64,000 nucleotides of DNA from Chloroflexota bacterium. Its GTDB lineage: Bacteria; Chloroflexota; Dehalococcoidia; SM23-28-2; JACOUE01. Within the stretch, counting starts at the first letter, position 1; every line of letters begins with the position of its first letter. Below are positions 37,498-47,883 of the stretch, in pieces. A model generated the notes under the pieces. The model saw only the letters and a list, made by a program, of their open reading frames with translations. It made no database searches and had not been told where the DNA came from. A program made the position numbers and the translations under genes. The stretch covers positions 18,855 to 82,854 of the forward strand of contig JACOUE010000005.1 in the NCBI GenBank assembly GCA_016178045.1, given 5' to 3'.

Positions 37498-37793
37498 CAG
37501 ACGGCGACCTCGGCCTCCACTTCCACCTCACGGGTCTCAATGGTCAGCGGCAACCCCTCTTCCGCGCGGTCTTGCAGGCAGGCCCTGACCTCCTCAGCGA
37601 TGAGCTCAGGCGTTTCTTCAGGGAGGGGGATGGCTTCTTCTTTTCCGACGTGCAGACAGCCAAGGATGGCCTCGCGGATGTTGGCGAGGGCTTCGTCCAG
37701 GGAATCGCCCTGGCTGACGCAGCCGGGGATGGCGGGGCAGACCACTGAGTAGCCGCCGTCGGCCTCCGGCTCCAGGATGACGGTGAACTTCAC
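37497..37793 (-). CDS. hicB: HicB-family antitoxin
   Basis: 98 aa; MKFTVILEPEADGGYSVVCPAIPGC... GTG start. The -10 TATCAT (forward 37801-37812, ctatgatagcac) is 8-13 nt upstream, so the transcript is leaderless. Confidence 0.8.
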   Translation of the reverse strand: MKFTVILEPEADGGYSVVCPAIPGCVSQGDSLDEALANIREAILGCLHVGKEEAIPLPEETPELIAEEVRACLQDRAEEGLPLTIETREVEVEAEVAV

Positions 37794-37930
37794 AGCGCGT
37801 CTATGATAGCACGCTGCGGCCGTCGAGGAGGGCCTCGATGAGCGCCGGCGGCACGGAGACGAGCCGGAGGCGGCGGGTGGTGATGGGCGGGACGGGGGGC
37901 GACGGGTGGGGGTCAGGGGTCATGGGCGGC

Positions 37931-37958
37931 GAGAACCTAGAACCGAGAACCCAGAACC
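37931..37958. repeat. heptad tandem repeat (gagaacc tagaacc gagaacc cagaacc)
   Basis: Four heptads of NAGAACC. A second array is at 43727-43768. Confidence 0.8.
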
Positions 37959-37963
37959 TGTCG

Positions 37964-38055
37964 GGTCTCGATGGTAAGGGGCAAGCCCTCCTCGGCGCGG
38001 TCCTTCAGGCAGGCGCCGAGCTCTTCACCGATAAGCTCCGGCGTCTTAGCCTTCA
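37964..38055 (-). repeat. partial duplicate of the hicB 3' end (about 80% identical to 37505-37600)
   Basis: Encodes ...KTPELIGEELGACLKDRAEEGLPLTIETRQV versus hicB ...ETPELIAEEVRACLQDRAEEGLPLTIETREV. The heptad repeat replaces its terminal codons. Confidence 0.65.
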
Positions 38056-39089
38056 GCGGGCGGGTCCCACGGAGTTGAGTGAGTATCAGATATTCGCCTG
38101 CCAATGTCTGGGCGGAAGGTTTGAACATGGCCACAATAATTGCAGACGAGGACCCGCCAATCTCCAGGCTGACCTGTACGGATGAAATACTCATTCTCGG
38201 TGGTTTCACGATCACGTCCAATGAGCAGATAACTGCCCATGCCGCAATAGTAACAACGCGCCCAAACGGAAGGGCCGACAGGATTGTACTCGCCTACGAT
38301 GAGACGCTTGCTAATGGCCACTTGGTTGCGAACGACTTCGAGGTGCCAGCGCTTCCCCGCGTCTAGAACAACCATCTGATCCAGCAATCGATTCACGTGT
38401 TCCAAGTACAGATTATTCGTCAACCGGACCAGATCAAACTCTGGATCTCGATGCTTTTCCCGGCTGAATGTCCTGCCGGCGGACACCAGCCAGTATAGAA
38501 TCTTGCCCAGGCTATAGACGTCGCTTTGGGCGGACACCTGTTCAGCACGGCCGTCCTCCAGTTCGGGAGCAGTATAGTTTCTGGCCCCCACAGCCTCCTC
38601 TGTCAGGGTAATGCGCTCCCCTTCCTCGAGGAAGCAGAGGCCAAAATCACCTACGACCGCATCGCCGTGTCGATCTGCCCATAGGAAGATGTTGTCGGGC
38701 TTCAAGTCTCGGTGGATGACACGTTGGGAGTGGGCGTGCAGTACCCCGTCACAGATCTGGCCAAACAAGTCCAGTAGCCTCCCGTGGTCGCTGTAGTCAA
38801 AGGGTCTAGCTCTGTTTAGGCTCCCCCCTTTGCAGTAGACCGTGACGATGTAGGGCTGCCGACCATCAAGATCCCAGTCAATCACCTCAACGATATTGTT
38901 GTGCTTTAATTTCAACCCCGCTTCTACTTCGTTCCGGAAGCGGCCTATTCTGGCAGGGTCTTTCAGTCGTTTCAGCACATAGGTTTCATCGCCGTCTTCC
39001 TGGACTTTTCGCACAATGAAGGTGTGTGCCTGACCGCCTTCGGATAACGACTCGACTATCTTCCACTTCCCTCCGTATACGTCAGGCAT
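38046..39089 (-). CDS. serine/threonine protein kinase with C-terminal Cys-rich (zinc-ribbon-like) domain
   Basis: Start ATG 39089 (MPDVYGGKWKIVESL) within ORF 38046-39341. Kinase motifs HRDLKPDN, DFG and APE; C-terminal CYYCG...CNYCGH. Confidence 0.8.
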   Translation of the reverse strand: MPDVYGGKWKIVESLSEGGQAHTFIVRKVQEDGDETYVLKRLKDPARIGRFRNEVEAGLKLKHNNIVEVIDWDLDGRQPYIVTVYCKGGSLNRARPFDYSDHGRLLDLFGQICDGVLHAHSQRVIHRDLKPDNIFLWADRHGDAVVGDFGLCFLEEGERITLTEEAVGARNYTAPELEDGRAEQVSAQSDVYSLGKILYWLVSAGRTFSREKHRDPEFDLVRLTNNLYLEHVNRLLDQMVVLDAGKRWHLEVVRNQVAISKRLIVGEYNPVGPSVWARCYYCGMGSYLLIGRDRETTENEYFIRTGQPGDWRVLVCNYCGHVQTFRPDIGRRISDTHSTPWDPPAEG

Positions 39090-39094
39090 CGGGC

Positions 39095-40561
39095 CTACTC
39101 CCACTCGATGGTCCCCGGCGGTTTGCTGGTTATATCGTACACGACGCGGTTGACGGCGGGGACTTCGTTCACGATGCGGCCGGCGATGCGGGCCAGGACA
39201 TCGTAGGGCAGGCGGGCCCAGTCGGCGGTCATGGCGTCCTCGGCGGTAACGGCGCGCAGGGCCACCACGTGGCCGTAGGTGCGGAAGTCGCCCATCACCC
39301 CCACGGAGCGGCTGTCGGTGAGGATGGCGAACGCCTGCCACAGGTCGCGGTACAGCCCGGCCTGCTTTATCTCGTCCATCACGATCCAGTCGCAGGAGCG
39401 CAGCACCTCCAGCTTCTCGCGGGTCACCTCGCCGATGATGCGGATGGCGAGGCCGGGCCCGGGGAAGGGTTGGCGGAAGACCATCTCCTCAGGCAGGCCC
39501 AGGGCCAGGCCGACGCGGCGGACTTCGTCCTTGAACAGGTAGCGCAGCGGCTCCACCAGCTGGAAGGTCATCTCCCGGGGCAGGCCGCCCACGTTGTGGT
39601 GGGTCTTGATCTTGGCGGCGGCGCCGGAGCCTGCGGCCGACTCGATCACGTCCGGGTACGTGGTCCCCTGGGCGATGAAGTCGAACCGGCCCAGCTTGTC
39701 GGCCTCCTCCTCGAAGACGCGGATGAAGGTCTCGCCGACGATGGTGCGCTTCTCCTCGGGGTCGGTGACGCCGGCGAGGCGCTCCAAGAAGCGGTCGGAG
39801 GCGTCGACGAAGACGAGGGGGATGCGCAGGTGGCGGTGGAAGGTGTCCTGGACGCGCTGGCCGGCATCAGCGACCCCGAGGAGAAGCGCAAGCGCGTCGG
39901 CGAGACGTTCATCCACGTCTTCGAGGACGAGGCGCGCCGGCTCGGCCGCTTCGAGGTCATCTGCGAGGTCGATCACCCGGTCGCCGTGGGACATCCAGAC
40001 GGGGAAGGACATCGGCAGGCCGGCGAAGAGCGGCGAGTCGGTGTCGCCGGTGCGGATTAGGGCGTGGCCGTACTCGCGCTGCTGGCTGGGGGCGACTCGC
40101 CCGCCGAGCTGGTGAGCCAGCAGCTGCATGCCGTAGCAGATGCCGAGTACGGGCAGGCCGGTCTCGAAGACGTAGGCCGGGGCCAGGGGGGCGTCGCGGT
40201 CGTAGACGGAGGCGGGGCCGCCGGAGAGGATGAAGTCGCGGGGGTTGAGGGCGCGGACGCGCTCCCAGGGCGCGTCCCAGGGCACGAGCTCGCAGTAGAC
40301 GTTGCACTCGCGGACGCGTCTGGCGATGAGCATGCTATACTGGGAGCCGAAATCGAGAATGACGATAGTCTCCGGGCGCGGCGGGGCTTCGGGCGGCTTC
40401 TCGAGCGGCTGCTCGCCCTCACGCTCGCGGGCGATCTCGAGGTAAGTGGAGACCTCGAGGTCGTCGGAGGTGGGGACGCGCCGGCCGGAGGGTGGGGAGC
40501 GGGTCTCCTGCGAGGTGTCGGTCTCGTTCATGGGATGCGGGGTCGGCGGCTGCCTTGCCAT
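39095..40561 (-). pseudogene. guaA: GMP synthase (glutamine-hydrolysing) with internal rearrangement (PP-loop region replaced by inverted duplicate) and N-terminal extension
   Basis: The GATase domain (ILDFGSQY...VWMSHGD) and C-terminal domain ([23 protein letters not shown]...[12 protein letters not shown]...PGTIEWE) are intact. The SGGVDS PP-loop segment, about 107 aa, is absent. Its place is taken by 58 aa that are the antisense of an inverted copy (plus strand 39856-39960, encoding [32 protein letters not shown]) of the adjacent segment (minus 39686-39790). Confidence 0.6.
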
Positions 40562-40612
40562 AAGGCTAGCAGGCGCGGGCCCGTGGGGTCAAGTGCAAAA
40601 GCGCCTTAGCAG

Positions 40613-41308
40613 ATGGACGCGGAGCACGAGACACGAGACAGGACTGTAGCCCGTGCCTCGGTTTTCGCCGCTATGGTTAGGGTAACCTCCGCTACTGACT
40701 CCGACTGTATCGGTCAGGCCGTGGCCGCGCTGAAGGCCGGCGGGCTGGTGTGCTATCCGACGGACACCGTGTACGGCATCGGCGCCCCGGCTACCGACGA
40801 GCCCGCCGTGCGGAGGCTGTTCGCCGTAAAGGGCAGGCCGGCGGAACAGCCGCTGCCCTTGCTCCTGGCGGACGAGGAAGAGGTGGGACGCGTCGCAGCG
40901 GAGGTGCCGCCGCTGGCGCGGGCGCTGATGCGCCGCTTCTGGCCGGGCGGCCTCACTATCGTCCTGCGGAAGGCGGACGGCTTCGAGAGCGTGGCGCTGG
41001 CCGGTGGCGATACTGTTGCGGTACGCGTGCCCGACCAGCCGCTCGTCCGCGAGATCATCCGTCGCTGCGGCGCGCCCGTCACCGGCACCAGCGCCAACCG
41101 CTCGGGGGAGAAGAGCCTGCTGACCGCCGGCGAGGTGCGTTCGCAACTCGGCGAAGGCGTCGACCTGATAATCGACGGCGGCCGCTGCCCGGGCGGGGTA
41201 GAGTCGACGGTGGTCGACATAAGCGGCCCGGACGTGAAAATATTGAGGGACGGAGCCGTACGGCGCGAGGAGCTTGAGGCGGCGTTGAGGGAGACGGCGA
41301 AGGCTTAG
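40613..41308 (+). CDS. tsaC: L-threonylcarbamoyladenylate synthase (TsaC/YrdC family)
   Basis: 231 aa; YPTDTVYGIG and SANRSG motifs. Confidence 0.85.
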   Translation: MDAEHETRDRTVARASVFAAMVRVTSATDSDCIGQAVAALKAGGLVCYPTDTVYGIGAPATDEPAVRRLFAVKGRPAEQPLPLLLADEEEVGRVAAEVPPLARALMRRFWPGGLTIVLRKADGFESVALAGGDTVAVRVPDQPLVREIIRRCGAPVTGTSANRSGEKSLLTAGEVRSQLGEGVDLIIDGGRCPGGVESTVVDISGPDVKILRDGAVRREELEAALRETAKA

Positions 41309-41336
41309 CGCAGAGCAGCCGGGAAGGAGGTCGCGA

Positions 41337-43736
41337 ATGGCCCTGGGCAGGTCGATCCGCACGGTTGGACTGGGACTGGTGGTGGCGGGGGGAGTGGCTT
41401 CGGCGGCGGCGTACTACTTCCTGCGTCGGCCGGTGCCGAAGGGCCGGGGCCGGCTGCACCTCCAGGGGCTCACGGCCCCCGTTGAGGTGATCCGTGACCG
41501 CTGGGGGGTGCCCCACCTCTACGCTCAGAACCTGAGGGACCTCCTGTTCGCGTCCGGCTACGTGCAGGCGCAGGACCGGCTGTGGCAGATGGAGCTGCAC
41601 CGGCGTCGCGCCTGCGGGACGCTGGCCGAGTTATTCGGTCCGAGGGTACTGGAGATCGACCGCATGATCCGCCGCGTCGGCCTGCGCCGGGCGGCCGAAC
41701 GCGAGTGGGACGAGACGCGCGCCGAGAACCGGGCGTCGCTGGAGGCGTACTGCGAGGGCGTGAACGCCTACATCGAGGGCGGCCGCCTGCCGGTGGAGTT
41801 CACCGTCCTGCGCTACCGGCCCCAGCCCTGGCGGCCCGTCGACACTCTCGCTTTCGGGCGGCTGATGAGCTGGAGCCTGGCCGGCAACTGGGACGACGAG
41901 ATCCTGCGGTCGTGGACGGTCGAGCGGTTCGGCGCCGAGACGATGGCAGAGCTGGAGCCGAAGTACCAGCCGGGTAAGCCGCTGGTCATCCCTCCGGGGA
42001 CGGAAGCGCGCGGCTCCGGGCCCGACTTCCACGAGGACTACGAGTGGGCGGCCGAGCTGGTGATGGCGGCCCGCGCCATGAGCAACAACTGGGTGGTGGC
42101 CGGCGAGAAGTCGACCACGGGGAAGCCCCTGCTGGCCAACGACCCTCACCTGCCGCTGACGATGCCCTCCCTCTGGTACGAGATGCACGTGGAGTCGCCG
42201 GAAGTGAAGGCGGCCGGGGTTACGCTGCCGGGGACCCCGGGCGTGATCATCGGCCACAACGAGCGCATCGCCTGGGGCGTGACGGCGGCGATGGTGGACT
42301 GGGACGACCTCTACGTGGAGCGGGTGAACCCGGAGGAGCCCTCGCAGTACGAGCACAACGACGAGTGGGAGCACGGTGAGGTCATCCGCGAGGAGATAAA
42401 GGTGCGCGGGCGGCAGCAGCCGGTGGTGGAGGAGGTGCTGATCACCCGCCACGGGCCCGTGGTGAGCCCCTGCGTCAAGGGGGAGCACCGCACGCTGTCG
42501 CTGCGCTCGGCGACGCTGGAGCGGTCGCACAACGTCACGGGGATCCTGGAGCTGATGCAGGCGCGCAACTGGGATGAGTTCCGGGAGGCTCTGCGGCTGT
42601 GGCCGGCCTCGCCCCAGAACTTCGTGTACGCCGACGTGGACGGCAACATCGGCTACCAGCTGGCGGGGATGATCCCCGTGCGCGGGAAGGGCCACGGCGT
42701 GGTCCCCCTGCCCGGCTGGACCGACGAGTACGAGTGGTCGGGCTTCGTGCCCTTCGAGGAGATGCCGTCGGCGTACAACCCGCCGACGCAGTGGGCGGCG
42801 AGCGCCAACAACAAGATTGCCGACGACGACTACCCGTACGTGCTGGCGGCCAACTACGCCGACAGCCCCCGCATCGAGCGGATAACGCAGCTGCTGACGG
42901 AGAAGGAGAAGCTGTCGCCGGACGACTTCAAGCGAATGCAGGGCGACGTCTACTCGATACCCGGGCGCGAGCTGGCCCAGGCGCTGCTCCGGCTCAAGCC
43001 GCGAGACGAGTGGTCGCGGCGGGCGCAGACGTTCGTCAAGGCGTGGGACTACAACCTGGCGCCGGACAGCGTGGCGGCGAGCATCGTCCAGGCGTTCTTC
43101 GTCCACCTGACGCGGAAAGCCCTGGAGGAGAAGCTGGGCTCCTGGGCCGACTTCTACATGGGGCGGGGCATCCATCCTCTCCGCCCCAATGGCCACTTCT
43201 TCTACGAGGCCGCCTCCTGGCTGCTCGAGAAGATCCGGGAGCGCCCGGACTGGTTCGAAGGCAAAACCTGGGACGCGGCGGAGGAGGAGGCGCTGGCCTC
43301 GGCGGTGGCGGAACTGCGGGGGCTCCTGGGCGATGACATGTCGCGCTGGCAGTGGGGCCGCCTCCACACGCAGGCCTTCAACCACGCCCTGGGCGACATT
43401 CGCGGGCTCAACCGCGTGCTCAGCCGCGGGCCGGTGCCCGTGGGCGGCGACACGAACACGGTGTGGCAGACGGCGTTCACGCCGTACTACGGGTACGCCG
43501 TCAACAACTGGACCGCCTCCTGGCGCCAGATCATCGATCTGTCCGACTTCAACCAGAGCCTGGCCGTCATACCGGGAGGGCAGTCGGGCCACCCGGGGAG
43601 CCGTCACTACGCGGACATGATCGAGATGTGGCGGACGGTGGAGTACCACCCGATGCCCTGGGACCGGGCCGAAGTGGAGCGCCAGGCGGAAGGGCTGCTG
43701 GTGCTGGAGCCGGACGGCGACGGGGCGAGAACCTAG
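41337..43736 (+). CDS. penicillin acylase family protein (Ntn hydrolase; penicillin amidase/AHL acylase-like)
   Basis: 799 aa with a signal/TM segment and the SNNW nucleophile region (AMSNNWVVAG). The stop TAG lies inside the heptad repeat. Confidence 0.85.
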   Translation: MALGRSIRTVGLGLVVAGGVASAAAYYFLRRPVPKGRGRLHLQGLTAPVEVIRDRWGVPHLYAQNLRDLLFASGYVQAQDRLWQMELHRRRACGTLAELFGPRVLEIDRMIRRVGLRRAAEREWDETRAENRASLEAYCEGVNAYIEGGRLPVEFTVLRYRPQPWRPVDTLAFGRLMSWSLAGNWDDEILRSWTVERFGAETMAELEPKYQPGKPLVIPPGTEARGSGPDFHEDYEWAAELVMAARAMSNNWVVAGEKSTTGKPLLANDPHLPLTMPSLWYEMHVESPEVKAAGVTLPGTPGVIIGHNERIAWGVTAAMVDWDDLYVERVNPEEPSQYEHNDEWEHGEVIREEIKVRGRQQPVVEEVLITRHGPVVSPCVKGEHRTLSLRSATLERSHNVTGILELMQARNWDEFREALRLWPASPQNFVYADVDGNIGYQLAGMIPVRGKGHGVVPLPGWTDEYEWSGFVPFEEMPSAYNPPTQWAASANNKIADDDYPYVLAANYADSPRIERITQLLTEKEKLSPDDFKRMQGDVYSIPGRELAQALLRLKPRDEWSRRAQTFVKAWDYNLAPDSVAASIVQAFFVHLTRKALEEKLGSWADFYMGRGIHPLRPNGHFFYEAASWLLEKIRERPDWFEGKTWDAAEEEALASAVAELRGLLGDDMSRWQWGRLHTQAFNHALGDIRGLNRVLSRGPVPVGGDTNTVWQTAFTPYYGYAVNNWTASWRQIIDLSDFNQSLAVIPGGQSGHPGSRHYADMIEMWRTVEYHPMPWDRAEVERQAEGLLVLEPDGDGART

Positions 43737-43768
43737 AACCCAGAACCGAGAACCTGGGGCGGAGAACC
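43727..43768. repeat. heptad tandem repeat (gagaacc tagaacc cagaacc gagaacc ... gagaacc)
   Basis: Near-identical to 37931-37958, same strand, 5.8 kb apart. Followed at 43789-43818 by REP family A (gtcattctgagcgaagcgaagaatctcccc). Confidence 0.8.
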
Positions 43769-43818
43769 TACGGCCGGGCTCGGCTGCTGTCATTCTGAGC
43801 GAAGCGAAGAATCTCCCC

Positions 43819-44385
43819 TTGGGCGACAGGCGTGAGGTCATGGCGAAAGGGCCGGTCGGGCCGGACGAGGAGCCGGTCGTAGTCGTTCCCTACGACCCAC
43901 GCTGGCCGCGGCGGTACGAGGAAGAGCGGGCGCGCATCCTGGGGGTGCTGGCCCACGTTCGCATCGACGTCGAGCATGTGGGCAGCACGGCCGTGCCCGG
44001 CCTCGGCGCGAAACCCGTCGTCGACATCCTGATCGGCCTGCGTGAGCTCGCCGACGGCGAGAGGTGGGTCAAGCCGCTGGAAGGGCTGGGCTACGAGTAC
44101 AAGGGCGAGCTCGGCATCCCGGGTCGCCTCTATTTTCGGCGGCTGGTCAGGCGCAGGCGCGCGTACCAGGTCCACATGGTGGAGAAGGGCAGCGCCTTCT
44201 GGGAGCGCCACCTGCTGTTCCGCAACTACCTGCGAGATCACCCCGCTAGGGCCCGCAAGTACTACGAGCTGAAGGTGCGGCTGGCGGAGCAGTACGGGAC
44301 GGACCGGGAAGGGTACACGGAGGCGAAGACCGACTTCATCCGTTCGGTGGAGGCCGAGGCCCGGGCTTGCCTCCAGCAGGCATGA
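43819..44385 (+). CDS. GrpB family protein (UPF0157)
   Basis: 188 aa; VVPYDPRWP...HVGSTAVPGL pattern. The alternative ATG 43840 is also plausible. Confidence 0.7.
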   Translation: MGDRREVMAKGPVGPDEEPVVVVPYDPRWPRRYEEERARILGVLAHVRIDVEHVGSTAVPGLGAKPVVDILIGLRELADGERWVKPLEGLGYEYKGELGIPGRLYFRRLVRRRRAYQVHMVEKGSAFWERHLLFRNYLRDHPARARKYYELKVRLAEQYGTDREGYTEAKTDFIRSVEAEARACLQQA

Positions 44386-45587
44386 GGAAGAAGACCGTCC
44401 GCGACATCGACGTGGGGGGGAAGCGCGTCCTTCTCCGCGCCGACTTCAACGTCCCCCTGGAGCCCGGCACCGGCCACGTTCTGGACGACACCCGCATCCG
44501 GGCCACGCTGCCCACCATCGAGTACCTGCGGGAGCAGGGGGCGAAGGTCATCGCCTCCTCCCACCTGGGTCGGCCCAGGGGCAGAGACGATTCGCTGAGC
44601 CTGCGGTCGGTGGCCCAGCGCCTTTCGGAGATACTCGGGGCGCCGGTGGAGACGGCGGGCTGCTGCGTGGGGCCGGAGGTGCAAGAGATGGCGTACTCTC
44701 TGGAGCCGGGGGGGCTGATGCTGCTCGAGAACCTGCGCTTCCATCCGGAGGAGGAGAAGAACGACCCGGAGTACGCCAAGGCGCTGGCCTCGCTGGCGGA
44801 GGTGTTCGTGAACGACGCATTCGGGGCGGCGCACCGGGCCCACGCCTCCACGGCCGGGGTCGCTGCCTACCTCCCGGCCGTGGCCGGGCTACTGATGGAG
44901 AAGGAGATCGACTACCTGGGCCGGGCGCTCAAGCCGGAGCGGCCCTACGCGGCGGTTATCGGGGGGGCGAAGATCAGCACCAAGATGGCGGTGCTGGAGA
45001 GCCTGCTGGAGCGGGCGGACAAGCTGCTGCTGGGCGGTGGCATGGCGAACACCTTCCTGAAGGCCGAAGGCTTCGGCGTGGGTGAGTCGCTGGTGGAGGA
45101 CGACTACCTGGAGCAGGCGCGGCGGGCGATGGAGCGGGCCCAGGAGAAGAAGCTGACGCTACTTCTCCCCAGCGACGTCATCGTCGCCGACCGCTTTGCG
45201 GAGGACGCCTCGGCGAAGCGGGTATCCGTCAAGGACGTGCCGGAGGGCTGGCGGATCATGGACATCGGCGAGACAACGGTGGACGTGTTCGCGCGGGCGC
45301 TGGAGGGGTGCCGGACGGTGGTGTGGAACGGGCCGATGGGGGTGATCGAGTTCGGGCCGTTCGCCCACGGCTCGCACCGGCTGGCGGGGGTCATCGCCAA
45401 CCTGAAGGGGGCGACCACGATCGTGGGCGGTGGCGCGACAGCGGCGGTCGTGGAGCAGCTGGGGATAGCGAGCAAGTTCTCGCACGTGTCCACGGGCGGG
45501 GGGGCGTCGCTGGAGTTCCTGGAGGGGCGGGAGCTGCCCGGCGTGGCGGCGCTGGCGGACGCCGACAACGGATACCCAATCCCATAA
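44382..45587 (+). CDS. pgk: phosphoglycerate kinase
   Basis: Start ATG 44382 (ATGA overlap with grpB); MRKKTVRDIDVGGKRVLLRADFNVP... is the PGK signature. Confidence 0.9.
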   Translation: MRKKTVRDIDVGGKRVLLRADFNVPLEPGTGHVLDDTRIRATLPTIEYLREQGAKVIASSHLGRPRGRDDSLSLRSVAQRLSEILGAPVETAGCCVGPEVQEMAYSLEPGGLMLLENLRFHPEEEKNDPEYAKALASLAEVFVNDAFGAAHRAHASTAGVAAYLPAVAGLLMEKEIDYLGRALKPERPYAAVIGGAKISTKMAVLESLLERADKLLLGGGMANTFLKAEGFGVGESLVEDDYLEQARRAMERAQEKKLTLLLPSDVIVADRFAEDASAKRVSVKDVPEGWRIMDIGETTVDVFARALEGCRTVVWNGPMGVIEFGPFAHGSHRLAGVIANLKGATTIVGGGATAAVVEQLGIASKFSHVSTGGGASLEFLEGRELPGVAALADADNGYPIP

Positions 45588-45695
45588 ACCGATGAGCCGG
45601 GGACAGGGCCTGGCGTAGCTATCCTCAACGGCGTGAGGGCCTTGACGATCACTGCTAGCACGGCGGACCCCAAATGCCGCATAATCGTTCCCGCA

Positions 45696-46898
45696 ATGGA
45701 TTTCGACCTGGCCCGCCAGCTGGCCGTTGAGAACGATACGAAGATCGTGCTGCTGGTGGCGGACGGCATCGGGGGCCTGCCCCACCCCGAGACGGGCCGC
45801 ACGGAGCTGGAGGCGGCCTACACACCAAACCTGGACCGACTCGCCGCGGACAGCCTCTGTGGCTTCACGGTCCCCGTGGCGCCGGGGGTGACGCCGGGCA
45901 GCGGCCCGGGCCACCTGGCCCTCTTCGGCTATGATCCGCTGAAGTACACGGTCGGGCGGGGGGCGCTGGAGGCGGCCGGGATCGACTTCGACCTGCGGCC
46001 CGGGGACGTGGCCGCCCGCGGCAACTTCTGCACGGTCGACGGCAGCGGCGTGGTCACGGACCGCCGCGCCGGCCGCATCAGCAGCGAGCGCTGTGGCGAG
46101 CTGTGCGAAGAGCTGCGCGCGGTGCGGCTCGATGGGGCCGAGGTGTTCGTGGAGCCGCTGCGCGAGCACCGCTTCCTGCTGGTGCTCAGGGGCAACGGAC
46201 TCTCGGAGGCGGTGGCGGACACGGACCCCCAGCGGGAGGATCGGGCACCCCTCGCGGTGCGGGCCACGGCCCGCCAGGGCCAGGCGACGGCCAAGCTGGT
46301 CGGCAAGTTCGTGACGGAGGCGGAAAAGCGGCTGGCGGACAAGACGCCGGCCAATATGCTGCTCCTGCGTGGCTTCGCCCGGCGGCCCAACTGGCCGTCG
46401 ATGCAGTCGGTCTTCAGGCTGAGGGCGGCGGCGGTCGCCCACTACCCGATGTACCGCGGCCTGGCCAGGCTCGTGGGGATGACGGCGCTGCCCGCGGGGC
46501 CCGCCATCGAGGACTCGCTGGCGGCGCTGCGGGAGGACTGGGGTGGCTTCGACTACTTCTTCGTCCACTACAAGGCCACGGACACGGCGGGCGAGGACGG
46601 CGACTTCGAGCGTAAGATGGAGGCGATCGAGCAGCTTGACCGGGCGGTACCGTCGCTGCTGGCGCTGGAGCCGGACGTGCTGATGGTGGCCGGCGACCAC
46701 TCGACGCCGGCGGTGATGGCGGCGCACTCCTGGCACCCTGTGCCCTTCCTGATGCGGGCGAAGTGGTCGCGGGCGGACGAGTGCGGCGCCTTCAACGAGC
46801 GCGAGCTGCTGAAGGGCACGTTGGGGACGTTCCCGGCGGTGGAGGCGCTGCCCCTGGCGCTGGCCCACGCAGGGCGATTGCGGAAGTACGGGGCATAG
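45696..46898 (+). CDS. apgM: 2,3-bisphosphoglycerate-independent phosphoglycerate mutase, archaeal type
   Basis: Start ATG 45696 (MDFDLARQLAVENDTKIVLLVADGIGG) within ORF 45633-46898. Confidence 0.85.
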   Translation: MDFDLARQLAVENDTKIVLLVADGIGGLPHPETGRTELEAAYTPNLDRLAADSLCGFTVPVAPGVTPGSGPGHLALFGYDPLKYTVGRGALEAAGIDFDLRPGDVAARGNFCTVDGSGVVTDRRAGRISSERCGELCEELRAVRLDGAEVFVEPLREHRFLLVLRGNGLSEAVADTDPQREDRAPLAVRATARQGQATAKLVGKFVTEAEKRLADKTPANMLLLRGFARRPNWPSMQSVFRLRAAAVAHYPMYRGLARLVGMTALPAGPAIEDSLAALREDWGGFDYFFVHYKATDTAGEDGDFERKMEAIEQLDRAVPSLLALEPDVLMVAGDHSTPAVMAAHSWHPVPFLMRAKWSRADECGAFNERELLKGTLGTFPAVEALPLALAHAGRLRKYGA

Positions 46899-46943
46899 GG
46901 ATTGGGCGCAGATGAGCGCGGGTCATGTTGGCCATGCTCGTGG

Positions 46944-46976
46944 TTCGACCCTTCGACTTCGCTCAGGGCAGGCAGG
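46944..46976. repeat. REP-like repeat, family B (cccttcgacttcgctcagggcaggcaggc)
   Basis: Intergenic between apgM and tpiA. Confidence 0.7.
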
Positions 46977-47010
46977 CTCACCATGAGCGGGATAACCGGA
47001 GACACCTAGC

Positions 47011-47883
<873 letters not shown>

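Noticed and set aside
41631-43841. 736-aa minus-strand ORF
   Set aside because: It is antisense to the penicillin acylase gene; the Arg/Pro/His-rich composition is a GC artefact.
45159-46868. 569-aa minus-strand ORF; similar cases are 11389-12438, 9384-10280, 59024-60052, 39026-40060 and 27999-28631
   Set aside because: All are antisense to well-supported genes, with low-complexity composition. Only 39026-40060 is informative, because its C-terminus reveals the inverted guaA fragment.
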